A DNA stretch of 64,000 bases from positions 620,001-684,000 of the forward strand of contig CM035362.1 in NCBI GenBank assembly GCA_020137815.1. Direction: 5' to 3'. A program made the position numbers and the translations under genes. Positions 50,677 through 62,576 of the stretch are shown piece after piece. Source of the stretch: Hormiphora californensis. Its lineage: Eukaryota; Animalia; Ctenophora. Position 1 is the first letter of the stretch. Each line of letters starts with the position of its first letter. Under the pieces are notes generated by a model. That model searched no databases and was not told where the DNA came from. It saw only the letters and a program-made list of their open reading frames with translations.

Positions 50677-52807
50677 ATGGCGTATGGTATCGGTGTAACT
50701 CTCATGGTGATATCATCCTTTGGGGTGCTCCTCAACTCTCTAATTCTCTTCATCATCATCAAATCCTTGAAGAAACGTCATGAGGGTACGTGTGGCTGAT
50801 TGCGGGTTATACTTTGGTACTGTTGGTGCCTTCCTTTCATGTCTGCCTGTGGTTTGTTTCTGCCTCAAAAAGTAGTAACAAATTCCACTCCCACTGACAA
50901 GCCCCTACTCGAATCACCCCCCACCCCCTAGTTGTCAAGACAACACTTTGTTTTCAGCGAGTTCGTTCCACATTCTAATTGTGAATCTAGCAGTGTGGGA
51001 TCTCATGTTGGCCATATTTGGTGTGTCTTTCAGGGGACCTGGTATCCTCTTCCCTGGGTATTACACTCAAAACGACTTTCTAAATGCGATCTGTCAGGTA
51101 AAATACTTCGTCAGGACAATGCTCTGACAGTGTGAGATATTTTCAAGGGGGTTAGTACTTAGTAATCTTAAATCTACCCAACTATCAACTCGACATAACT
51201 TGATTAACCTCGGTCAGGTCAATTTATTTATTTGAAAGAAAAGGAAATTAGGGTCAGGCCAATGCTCTGACAAATTAACCTTTGAATCTAACAGCCCCTA
51301 ACTATTTCAGGGTATGGCAGTGTTTATCCCTGCATTTTCCTACGGATCATCTCTTTCCGTACTTTGTGTAACCATCAACAGAAGTTTCGCCATCACCCGG
51401 CCCTTGTCCTATAGGAACTACATGTCCAATAGGATATCTGCATTCATGGTATGAATATGATGAAACTTTACTGAGTGTCAACTCTAACTTTATCTATAAA
51501 CTTAGGAGCTTTTCACTTTATTTGTCTGACCCATATCTAAACAGTCCCTCTATTCTCTCAGTGTATCGGAGTGGTCTGTGTGTTGGTGGTATTCGCACTG
51601 GTGGTTACTGGGATAACTGAATTCTCAGACCTAATCAACCTCAAGTACAGCAATAGTGGTGGTAAGTGTGTATGTTCACAAGTCGATTCTTATATGTATA
51701 ACAGCGCCTTAGTCCTTGCTAATTGCTCTATGCTGCGGAAAGACAGGGTCGAACATCAACAAGGCAAGTGCAGCACCGAATTAATCTAGAAACCGTCCCT
51801 GCAGGACGATGTGCTATCTCCTACACGGATTTTGGTGATGACTTTGTGCTTGCAACCAACAGTGCCTTTCTAATGGTACCCTTCATGGTAAGAGAGTTCA
51901 TGATAATTAGTTGGACCCCAGCTGTCAGAGCATTGGCCTGACCCATTCTCGTTTCTCTCAAATTTGTTCTGCACGCGGAGCGCACGAGAACTGTGGTCAG
52001 AGCATCGGCCTGACAGGACCCCAGATTACTGTGATGCTCGGGGAAGCGGTTTTGTCCGGTATATATATATCGGGGTGCCCGGTATATTCGGCATTCGCGA
52101 TAAATACCGTTATTTTGCTATGTTGTAAATTTATTCTCCACCATGACCACCTCTCCTTCTCCAGGTGACCCTACTGCTATACATTCACATCTTCTACCAC
52201 ATTGCAACGCGGAAGAAAGCTAGTGATGAAACGGCAGCTAAAACCCCCGCTAAGTCGATCAAGAAGACCCATAAAGACAAGATATTTGTCAACATCACGA
52301 TGCTATTGGTCTGCTACTTTGTATCTTGGTTCCCTTACTATGTAGTCCAGGTAATGTGATATCAAATGTGATATCAAATTTTTCAGTCAGCTCGATTATA
52401 ATACACACCCTTACAAAAAATCCGTGGCCCACCTTGTATAAGAGAAGTGTGTGTATTGTGTGTGACTATTTGGGTATGAAATTGAAATCGATATATCTCC
52501 CTCCCAGGTACTAAAGAAAGCGGGTGTCTCTGTCCCTGTGGATGTCACCCTCACAACATTCATCTTGTTCTACTTGAACCTCATATTCGATCCCCTTGTA
52601 TACACCCTCCATCTGCCCAGCGTCCAATCCTTCTGTACGGGATGGTTTGGTGCTCTAATGGGCAGTCATAGTAGGGTTAGTGATGGGGTGGTGAGTTTTA
52701 ATCATAATACTGGTAGTAGAGCTGCAGCTGCTAGTAGAGCCGAGGAGCAGAGAAGGAAGAGACATAGCGAGGATCAGTTTGAGATGAGAAGTCCAGTCAG
52801 TGGGTGA
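50677..52807 (+). CDS. Orphan rhodopsin-class GPCR, 7 coding exons
   Basis: MAYGIGVTLMVISSFGVLLNSLILFIII | ILIVNLAVWDLM..ICQ | ..VTINRSFAITRPLSY | TM4 | RCAISY | TM5..CYFVSWFPYYVVQ | FYLNLIFDPLVY; all GT-AG with matching phases. Confidence 0.9.
51922..52016 (+). mobile_element. 95-bp micro-element CTGTCAG...CTGACAG with 8-bp TSD GACCCCAG (largest member of the family)
   Basis: Terminal direct repeats GTCAGAGCAT(T/C)GGCCTGAC; inserted in a CAGTCGGACCCC-family MITE. Confidence 0.85.
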
Positions 52808-53158
52808 GTGGTGTGCAGACAATGTACTTGTTGAGACAACAAGACAATACAGAGTGGTTCAGAAAAACAGTTTATTTGTTTGTTGATAAAATTGATAATA
52901 TAATGTGTGGTCAGTATATTTTCAGTAGAACTAGAATATCTGTTTTATTCACTGTCAGTGAATCTTGATGTGTGTGTGTTGTTATATCTTGTTGTTTTAC
53001 TTATAATGCGTTTAATTGTTGTGTACAGAGAGAAAGTGTTGCGAAGAGAAAATGTTTCAGTTTGTATTTGCTAATGCTATTGTAAAATTACTTTTTTCTC
53101 CTCAGAAAATTAAGTTTTTAAAACTTGATCATTTTTTAAACTTGGACAGTACAGACCA

Positions 53159-53534
53159 TCAAGGGGGTTGTGTATATAACACTTTCTCCGACACGGGACT
53201 CAAGCACGGGGGTGCAGGTAGCCTACAGAAGGTGGGGTGTGACAGTGATTTCTTTTTGTGTGCATGAAAATGCAGAATCGGTTAGGGACCGTTCCCTCCT
53301 CCCGATGGCTTGTTGACATAGCCCTAACCAAGCCAGCGGAGGGGGATTAAGAGCTCAAACGGGCATACGATGGTGTGGTATGACTTTTGGTGAAAGTGAA
53401 GTGTCTTGTCCAAGTCCCTATTTAACCGATTCTGCATTTTCATGCACACAAAAAGAAATCACTGTCACTCCCCACCTTCTGTAGGCTACCTGCACCCCCG
53501 TGTCGGAGAAAGTGTAATATACACAACCCCCTTG
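53159..53534. mobile_element. MITE with ~125-bp TIRs (TCAAGGGGGTTGTGTATAT)
   Basis: Long inverted arms; TSD unclear. Confidence 0.8.
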
Positions 53535-54311
53535 AGGACAGTACAGAGTCAAATAGATAGGGTCAGTACCGCCACCAGTTATTTCCTGTGAAGACTGGGT
53601 GGAAGTGTGGGAGGTACATGACACACCTGGCTACTTTTTGTAGTCCTGGGGCACTTGCCAGTGCTAAATCCCAGCGGCTTCCGTTCCCACCGAGGCGCGC
53701 GCCATCCAAACTAAATTCAGTCGCGCAAACACAATCACACCGCTGACCTCGCGCGTTACAAACATTCACAATGTCCATCCGAGAGTGTGTGACCGCCGTG
53801 GGACAACTGATCCTATGATCTCATGAAACTGGTACCTTGGCCGGGGATCTTGTTATACAAATCAAGGGAGAGTTATAGCACCTGCTATTTCTGACTCCTG
53901 TTCTTGTATGTGACGTATTAACGGAAAATGAATGTACAATTATGTTTTTTGCATCTTTGCACGTAGTGGGTATAAACACAATACACGCACACTTACACAT
54001 AACAATACACAGAGAGTAGACAGGTGATGTTGTGTAACTGTTTAGGAAGAAGAAAAGGAGTCGGATATTTGGCAAAATACTTTAAATCAATTGACACATA
54101 GAGTTTATTAAATAGTAATAATACAAACTATATTTCATCCGTACCCTCCAGGGGCTGTATATAACCACTGTCGCCAATAATAAATTAGGGCAGGTAGAAA
54201 AATTGAATATCCTTAAATATAACAATCTTTAATTAACAACGGCTCGCATAACTTCATAAAAATCAATAAATAACTTAGATAAAACATTTGATTTAGTGAG
54301 TGTCACCAATA

Positions 54312-55196
54312 TTAACAAATCACACACCCCTTCTTTTTCTCAGGATCCTCCCAATATAGGAATCCTTCCCCATCCCTACCATCAGTATATCTACACCCCT
54401 TATGTTTAACTAACATCATGTTAGGTTGGGGTGCGGTACTAACTCGGTAATCCAAATAACCCGGTCCAACAGTCCTAGCACAATCATTACACCTTGCACA
54501 TGTCCTACCATGGTTTACCATGTCCTTCTTCTTGACCTTTCTCTGGCACAACATACAATGGATCTCATTTAGTTGGGGACACAAAGTGAACTTACTGAAT
54601 TTAATCATTTCAGAACAAACTGGACATTTCACTCTCCGGTGAATACACCTTTTCTCTCGGTGGTCTTCTAGCCATATAGATTGCATCCTCTTATAGCACC
54701 TGATACATTGCATGAGTCGGTAGGGACAGAGAAATGATTTGTGGGGAAGGTATTGTTCCTCCTCGACAATGGCTTTACAGTCTGGACACTCTCGGTACCC
54801 CTCAGGCACTTCCACTGGCTCTTCAAGCACCTCATCCTCTTCTTCACTCTGTGCCTCGAGCCCTTCACTAAGGGGCTCAAAGTGGTCGGGGATTGAGAGG
54901 ACCCAGGAGGCTGGTTTGGGAGATCTGTGTGAGATATCAGCGTAATTAGGAGGAGCAATAGTACCACCCTCAGTAATACTGTATGAAGGGGGTGGTTCAC
55001 TGGTCATATTGTCAATAATTCGTCTAACTGGGATATTAGGATAGGAGGTCATAAGGTTGTATCTGCACCACGGACACTTGGTGTAGTCTACCAGGCATGC
55101 CTCACAGAATAGAATGTGGCAGCAGTTAGTTGCAACAGCCTTCCTGCATATAGTTGAGCAGACTCCACAGTTGAAATCAGATGGCGAGGGAGTCAT
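54312..55196 (-). CDS. Single-coding-exon RING-HC + TRAF-type zinc-finger protein with PPxY motifs and C-terminal CaaX
   Basis: CGVC..CCH..CEAC..CPWC RING; PPPSY and PPNY; CPDC..H..CPYR..C..C..H..C zinc fingers; ends KKKGCVIC*. ATG 55196 follows acceptor TTTACAG. Confidence 0.85.
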   Translation of the reverse strand: MTPSPSDFNCGVCSTICRKAVATNCCHILFCEACLVDYTKCPWCRYNLMTSYPNIPVRRIIDNMTSEPPPSYSITEGGTIAPPNYADISHRSPKPASWVLSIPDHFEPLSEGLEAQSEEEDEVLEEPVEVPEGYRECPDCKAIVEEEQYLPHKSFLCPYRLMQCIRCYKRMQSIWLEDHREKRCIHRRVKCPVCSEMIKFSKFTLCPQLNEIHCMLCQRKVKKKDMVNHGRTCARCNDCARTVGPGYLDYRVSTAPQPNMMLVKHKGCRYTDGRDGEGFLYWEDPEKKKGCVIC

Positions 55197-55568
55197 GGTT
55201 ATGTCGTCCTGTAAATACACATTGGGAGTCAGTATTATAATTCACTCACTCACTCACTACTAGAATAGTAGTGAAAATGGGAACTAAATGAAAATCAGAC
55301 ACATAACAACAGGATTTAACGGATTTAAATAAAAGTTTTCACTACACAACTAAATTCAATATATTATCAATCACTCATAGTCACATATCTGTGCTAAATC
55401 ATAATATCTGGGGGTCACAATTTGCAACAAACATACTGTTCCAAAATAATTTTGTAGTCATTATATATTGAGGATATATCCTCATTATCCGACCGTATAA
55501 ACGAGAAACTCAGTCGCTTGCAGTGATTCTAGGAATAAGTTCATTTAACCCCTATCAATATCCTGATA

Positions 55569-58500
55569 TCAGGAAATGTTTTCGAATGTACTGCAGGCTG
55601 CGTTCACCACTGTGTTGAACCTGAAAATATGTTAAATTTAGTTAATTAAAATTAGACTTCAGAGTGATGCCAATAAACAAGAACGATCGACCCCCGAAAG
55701 AGGTTGCTTTGCTAAATAGGTTTTTGTGTACATGTACCTCTCCCAAAGCAACCCCAGTGCTGACACGTACCTATCAGGATCGTCTGCGTACACATGGTGT
55801 CCCGCTCTCAGAATTAGTTCCACCGTCACGTGCTCTCCCTCCCTTGCTTCCTGGACATTGTTTAATGTTAATACCGGGCGTTTTGGTACTGCCCCCCCCC
55901 CCCCATTTCAAACGAATGTTTCTCAGTTCTCACTACCTCTCCTATCTCTACCTCCCAGCCCCCCTCTCTCCTTCTCTGTCTCTTTCTCTCTCTCTCTCTT
56001 TCTTACCTGTACTGCGTACCCAATAGTGGGGTCCATCCAACTTTGAGCTCCATAAACCATTGAGATGGGCAGACCACTCTGAATCTGAGAAAGAGACGGT
56101 GTTGTAAAGGGTTTTGACATACCCAACCAATAACAAGGGAATCACTGGATCAAGCATGGCAATCATAGAAACGGTCATGGAATGTAGGGATGAATTGATC
56201 TACCCTCACATATATAATGCGGTGTGAGCTACACAAGGGAAATGTGGCTCACACCGTCAATATAACACTCGTCATTTTAATTCAAATGCAAGTGTGCTCT
56301 GTGAGAGTTCGGTAGATCAAGGGAAGTAGTGCAATATGGTGTGTCGAATGATTTAGTATGTGTTATCCATTACCTGTCCTATCCTGTCTAACATGGGGCG
56401 TTTAGCAAATCCTAGTCCAGCATGAAGCATCTTGAAAGCTACCTCCCCACTTGGATTCTAAAGAAGGGTGAGTCCATGTTAACATAAAACTAAAATACTG
56501 ATCAGTTTCAAAACTTTTAACTTTGCCCAAAACTAGGTAAGTTTAGAGCTGAACAAAGTTTTATTAGGGCTCGGTGATGGACAGACGTGGTTTATACCTG
56601 TACATTACAATGGTAGATATAGTTGGAAATGGCATCGGGATCTGTTGCCATACGTCCCGAGAACTTCTTTTGCAGATCTGGTCTTATCTAGAGAAAGAAG
56701 GAAATACAGGTAAAACACTAATTCTAGTAAATACAGACAAAATGCTAATTCAGAATTGTACATGTTGAATTTTGAAGGGGACGTTCAATAATTTGCTTAT
56801 CTTGGCCCTTGATAAATATAGCAACTAAATGGTAGTACAGCATTAGTAATTATCAACTCATGTTACCTTGTTAATGAGGGCAGGACCAAGGGGTCCAGCA
56901 GCTCGGAGGCCAGAAAATATATTGAAGGGTTTCATAACATTAATCACTAGTTTCCATCGTAGTGGCAACGGCTCTGGTATATAGGGGGTGTAAATATTAG
57001 CATCTTTAGGTAGGGAGGTACAGTGTGAAAGTTCAGAAGGAACCCAACCAAATTCCAATACGTTTAATTGCTCTACTGAAAGCGTGCTTTATAAACCATG
57101 TAATTCTTGTCAGGACCTGGAATTTTTGGGGGGCAAGCTAATTTTTCACCAAATGTTACCCAAGGGTCCCCTGAGTCACCACAAAAAAGTCTAAGAGTGA
57201 AGTCCTTGCGGAGAGGTCATTTCCGGGCCACGCCCCTTTTTACCTGTATTATCAGTCATAATTCCAAAATTATGCAAATCCTCTTAGGAAAAGAGTAGAG
57301 AAAAAACCAAGGGCACTAAAGTGATCAGCGTCCTCACATTAGTGGGGGTAGGTGCAAAAACTAAGTTTCTATCTGGTCGCGTTAATGAGTTAATTGGATA
57401 ATTAGGTGCGCGAATAACCGTTTTTGGCCATATGGCTATAGCCACTTTGAAATGGTTTAGAGACGTATCACTGGTGCCATTTTGTAGGCAATGGCTAACT
57501 TATGGGGGGTCGTGGTCGGACTTTTAAGCTCTACCTCCAACCGTTTAGCCGTTATTTGGATTCAAAGGTGCTGATAACGGCTAAACGGTTGGAGATAGAG
57601 CTTAAAAGTCCGACCACGACCCCCCATAAGTTAGCCATTGCCTACAAATTGGCACCAGTGAAAAGTCTCTAAACTATTCCAAAGTGGCTATAGCCATATG
57701 GCAAAAAACGGTTATTCGCGCACCTAATTATCCAATTAATTCATTAACGCGACCAGATAGAAACTTAATTTTTGCACCTACCCCCACTAATGAGAGGACG
57801 CTGATCACTTTAGTGCCCTTGGTTTTTTTCTTTACTCTTTTCCTAAGAGGATTTACATAATTTTGGAATTATGACTGATAATACAGGTAAAAAGGGGAGT
57901 GGCCCGGAAATGACCTCTCCGCAAGGACTTCACTCTTAGACTTTTTTGTGGTGACTCAGGGGACCCTTGGGTAACATTTGGTGAAAAATTAGCTTGCCCC
58001 CCAAAAATTCCAGGTCCTGACAAGAATTACAAGGATTATTATGAAATAAATTGCAGAGTGAGCTACACAAATATTTACCAGTTCTGTCTGGCATTGGTGG
58101 AAGGCCCCATGGGTCAGCTAGTACCAGGTGGCCCACTCTCTCAGGGTACTTCAGAGTGTACAAACAGGCAATGTAACCACCAAAACTGTGACCTAAAGTC
58201 GGAGAAAATAATTAGTAAAATAATTAGTAAAGATTGAGATATATATTATGCAGTTGTATCTTTATCATGGGATAAATAAATTAACTGGATATAATAATAC
58301 CTAGAAGGGTAAACTTTTCCAAACTGTTCTCCTTTCTCCATTCCTCAATGTTAGCTACAAACATATCCTCAACTCCTGCAAAATTACAAATCGATCACTT
58401 TCCATCAAACAGTGTAATAAACTTTTCAGTTTAACTCAAATATATCAAAACATCAAAAAAATGGTATTCTATGACGTCATTTGACTAAGATTGGCGACTG

Positions 58501-61500
58501 GCGTCAAAACTAACCCTCTGGGTCAGCTGGGAAGGTGGGTCTAGATGACCGACCAAATCCTAAAACATCGATTGCATAGACTTGTCTGTACTTTGCAAGA
58601 GAGTCAATGTTCAAAACCCACATTGCTGCTCCCGCACCCATACCTGCAAATATAAATGATAAAGTGGGTTGGGGGAACTGATACCTGACAATGATAACAG
58701 AAAATCCAGACTCCCTTGACGCCCTTGATAGACGAAATGGTTCCCTAGTAAAAACATCAAACTAACCATGAAGCATGACCAGGGGCAGTTTGCCCTGTAC
58801 TTGCGGACTTCTAAACGTCCTAACTTTTCCCTGGGTGGTCTGGGTGTTGTAGATTGTAAGAGGAGTTTTAACAAACGACAGGACTCGCTTTTCGGAGCGG
58901 GCTAGTTCAGTTGAGCTGGTGGGTCGCCATCTGGGCCACATTCCTGGTGGAGGAGAGGGTTGAGAGATAAGTGGTCAGTGGTATATGGGCATCACGGGGG
59001 GGGTACCAACCTATTTTTTTGTATTTTTTTGTATTTTTTTGTACGGTCCGTACAAAAAAATAACCAAAATTCCCTGCTTTTTCCGTACAAAAAATACAAA
59101 AAAATACAAAAAAATACAAAAAAAAAAAATACTGCTGAAGGGAACTTCTTTAGGGCCCCCTATAAGTCTCTAGAGGTTTGCGGGGTCCTTATACTGGCCT
59201 GTATAGCCCTCTAGTTTCGTAGTACTCATAATCCCATGCTTTTTCCATGCGAACATTACCATGATTAAGTTATTCTAGACCTGAACTTGCTCCAAATCCT
59301 AGTCGGAATAGTGCCCAAGCTTTATTTTCTGATGAAATTTCATTTTTCGGCCGAATATGCCTACTTATTCCCCCTCATGCCTGGAAAAAGGAGGCATAAG
59401 AAGGCCGAAAAACTGAACAAGGCGAATCGGCCTCTCTCCCCCGGGCAGTTGTGCGCGCGCTATAATATATACTCTCAAATCGCAGTCAAGTCAGTTCCCC
59501 CATGGTGTAGTGGTTATTACATCTGCTTGACACGCAGAAGGTCCCGGGTTCGAAACTCGCCTGGGTACTTTTTTTTCAAAACTTTTAAATACTATATTTA
59601 GTATTTTAAATACTATATTTAGTATTTAGTCTGGTTCAGTCATTCTGCCAAATAGTGCTCCTTTCCTGTATCTTTCAACACAGTACCTCTAATATCTGAT
59701 CTCTAACGCACTCAATACCTGCTCGTTTTCTTGTACTGATCCACTACAAGATACCTACAAGATACCTATCACACTAGCGGATCTAATGTATTCGATAGCT
59801 GTTTTAGCGTGATTTAGTATAGGGAAACGACCATCTGGCCAGATATGTTCTAGGGCCCTTCCCTCTCAATAAATAGCACACAATGAACAACAAATAACAA
59901 GTTAGCGATAGCCTAGTAATATGTGGTGCATAGCTGCTCTGCAGGGTTCTCCTAGCAGCTCAAATCGAACACAACAAATTCCCCAGGATCATAGAGTCAG
60001 ACAATTCTTGAAGGAGTATTAACAAAAGTTCTATGGATCAAATCGAACTGTAAAACAGGATACCATTCTAAGCTTGGAGGAGTTCCGTGAGGTCCATGAT
60101 GGAGGCAACTCTGTGTGATCGACACACACACATACACAACTGGAGAGGTTCCAGACAGTGGACACGCTCGACTTGAGGATGAGTTTAAATTTACCACTTA
60201 GAGCAATATAGTTGTATCAGCACCATATGGCTCAACTGAGAGGGAGAAACAGGGAGATAGAGTGAGTGAGCGAGAGAGAGAGAGAGAGTGAGAGAGATAG
60301 AGAGATAGATAGAGTGAGAGAGAGAGGGGGGAGAGACAGATAGAGATGGAGAGAAGGATATTATATAGATAGAGAAAGCGAGTCAGTGTGAGGTGAAATT
60401 ATGCGTGGTTTAGACGACAGACGGGCTTAAATTTTAGGCTGCATAATAAATAATCTGATAAAAATCGTGCAGGTTTAGAAAAGTGAACTATGCAGAGCTG
60501 TTCCTAGTTGTGAGACAAACGACTGCGGAACTACATCTACAATGGGTTAGAGAGTAAGTCATTATTTGCCTTGTTCGACGAAGGTTTGAACAAAACAAGT
60601 CATTATATATTGGTAAACACGGAAGTGTAAACCTAATACTCAACCCACTACTACAACAGTTCACTACTGCGATACTGCGGAATGTGGGTGGGTGTGACTG
60701 TATCAGAACAACTAGTTAACTCATCAGTTGAGTAGTTATATAAACCATCTTTACTATACTGCTGCTTTACTACTTCTCCATATTGCATTGAGGACGTCGA
60801 GGACGAAGCTCTGCGGGTTACCCGCCCTGCTTCGGCAGATAAATATAAACAATATGTTCAGTCCATAACACATTATAAGGTAAGCAAACTATTGAGAAAT
60901 ATGCAAAAGGAACGCAGATTCGGTCAACAGTGGAGCAACCAACTTACCCTAACCACTAACCAGGCGTCGCTTCCCCCTCCTCTCTCACTCTCTGTCTTTC
61001 CTTCTCTCTCTCTCTCTAAAGTGATGCATACCCAGTCATTTGCTATTGAGGTGTTATGCAGACGCAGTTATACAATATATTTGGTCGGAGTGAGAGGGGA
61101 GAGATCGATTAGAAAAGAAGGAGAGAGAGAAAGACAATGAGAGTAAGAGAGAGACATTAGACAATGGGGGCCTAGGGATAGGGAATTAAGACTAGAGCAG
61201 ACCTTTAGTCTAGTGCAACTGTTACAATTAATAAACAAACTATTATATTGACACAATATAAACTAGTAGAGACAATGGACTGTTTAGCTACATAACTAGT
61301 ACTAATCAAGTATTGGCTTTGGTGAAGATCAGAGAAATCCAACTGAGCTCTGCTCCTCTATTGCTATGAAATGACACCGATCTTTTTTAACACTTGGTTT
61401 AGCACTAAGTGTAAATCAATTAGATTCAAAAACTCGACCGTATTTAGACTATTAAATTAAAGTTCCACTATCTTGAACTATTATCAAACTAACTTAGACC

Positions 61501-62008
61501 ACGGGAAAAAATCGGCCAAAATGGGGATAAATTTTGGCCATTCTCGGCCAAAAAATATGCTGGGACACCGGGGTCGTGGGGACGGGGAATGGTAAAATAA
61601 ACTAAATAAACACTCTAGAGGCCTTTAAAGGCCAATAGAAGGACCTCGAGCGCCTCTAGAGACCTGTAGAAGGCACCAAAGAAGTTCCCGACAGCAGTAA
61701 ACTTTTTTGTATTTTTTTGTATTTTTTTGTATTTTTTGTACGGACCGTACAAAAAAATATTGCCTGCTTTTTCCGTACATCCGTACACAAAAATGGTTGA
61801 TACCCCCCCGCATCACGTGACACTCCATATATGGGCATCACGTGACCAGAACATGGCTGAAAGTATGGGCATCACGTGGTCGTTAAACTAAACCTGATCC
61901 TGTAGGAGTATCCCCTAACTCAGTGTGTCCACTTGTCTCACTCCTCTGATCTCCATGACAACCAGACTCACTTCCATTGCTGGCTGTTTCATACCCGCTC
62001 CCACTCAT
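55569..62008 (-). CDS. ABHD4: Alpha/beta hydrolase ABHD4/ABHD5 family, catalytic-Ser (ABHD4) type
   Basis: [19 protein letters not shown]|[28 protein letters not shown]|[22 protein letters not shown]|[25 protein letters not shown]; stop 55569. Probable first exon 62008-61894 (MSGSG..TGS, phase 1) joins the acceptor at 58944; alternative start ATG 58941. Confidence 0.92.
57101..58029. mobile_element. ~930-bp near-perfect foldback element in an ABHD4 intron
   Basis: TAATTCTTGTCAGGACCTGG...CCAGGTCCTGACAAGAATTA; ~455-bp arms around a ~17-nt spacer. Confidence 0.92.
59494..59569 (+). tRNA. tRNA-Val-like gene with anticodon GAC; acceptor and T stems imperfect (possible pseudogene)
   Basis: TGGTGTAGTGG A box, TCTGC-TTGACAC-GCAGA anticodon arm, GGTTCGAAAC B box, T-run terminator. 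Confidence 0.7.
59735..61381 (-). repeat. ~1.65-kb interspersed repeat, copy B, nested in the tRNA-carrying element
   Basis: Inverted copy of 39810-41490 with small indels. Confidence 0.85.
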
Positions 62009-62359
62009 CTGTCCGGTGTAGAGCTCTTACTTTACATGGTCTGACATTTATACCTGCTCCTGGGTGAACAAGATCTCATCATTGATATGGGTGAAGAGTG
62101 ATACAACTAACATTGTGATATTCTGGATCGGGGAGAAATATATTGAGCAAGAGCCAGGAATGAGAGCAATATTATGACTCTCTCTCTCTCTAACACTCGA
62201 AAGGTGAGGTTATTAGCTCAATATAAAACAGAAGGTGGTTTATACTTTGTAAGAAACACATCGATGTATTATTATTGATAGAAACTAAAATCCAAATCAT
62301 AAACCATTTTATGATTAGAAATTTGATGGTCTTTCTAAGAAATCTAACTGTATCATTAT

Positions 62360-62382
62360 CTGTCAGAGCAATGGCCTGACAG
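62360..62382 (+). mobile_element. 23-bp solo micro-element CTGTCAGAGCAATGGCCTGACAG
   Basis: Flanks ATCATTAT / ATTATTAT (7/8 TSD match); same sequence as the terminal repeat of 51922-52016. Confidence 0.7.
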
Positions 62383-62576
62383 ATTATTATTGTAACTGTA
62401 TTATAAACATAAACCAAACAGTCACATCATTCTCTGCAACCCTGCCTCATAAAACGATCACCGACAAAAACTAGGTCTAACTAGAACTGAAGTAATTCGG
62501 TATATATTTGCACAATTTGTCTCTCTCGATGTCTACTCCAATCACAGTTTAATTGTTCCTCCCCTACTCTACCCTC

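Larger units (their letters stand above)
58997..61809. mobile_element. 2.8-kb TIR element with 8-bp TSD GCATCACG, carrying a tRNA-Val-like gene
   Basis: GCATCACG|GGGGGGGTACCAACC...GGTTGATACCCCCCC|GCATCACG; imperfect ~200-bp inverted arms. Confidence 0.85.

Noticed and set aside
51091-51130. Micro-element supplying the GPCR exon-2 donor (CTGTCAG|GT)
   Set aside because: The heptamer encodes the conserved TM3 Cys and the flanks match only 5/8; probably coincidence.
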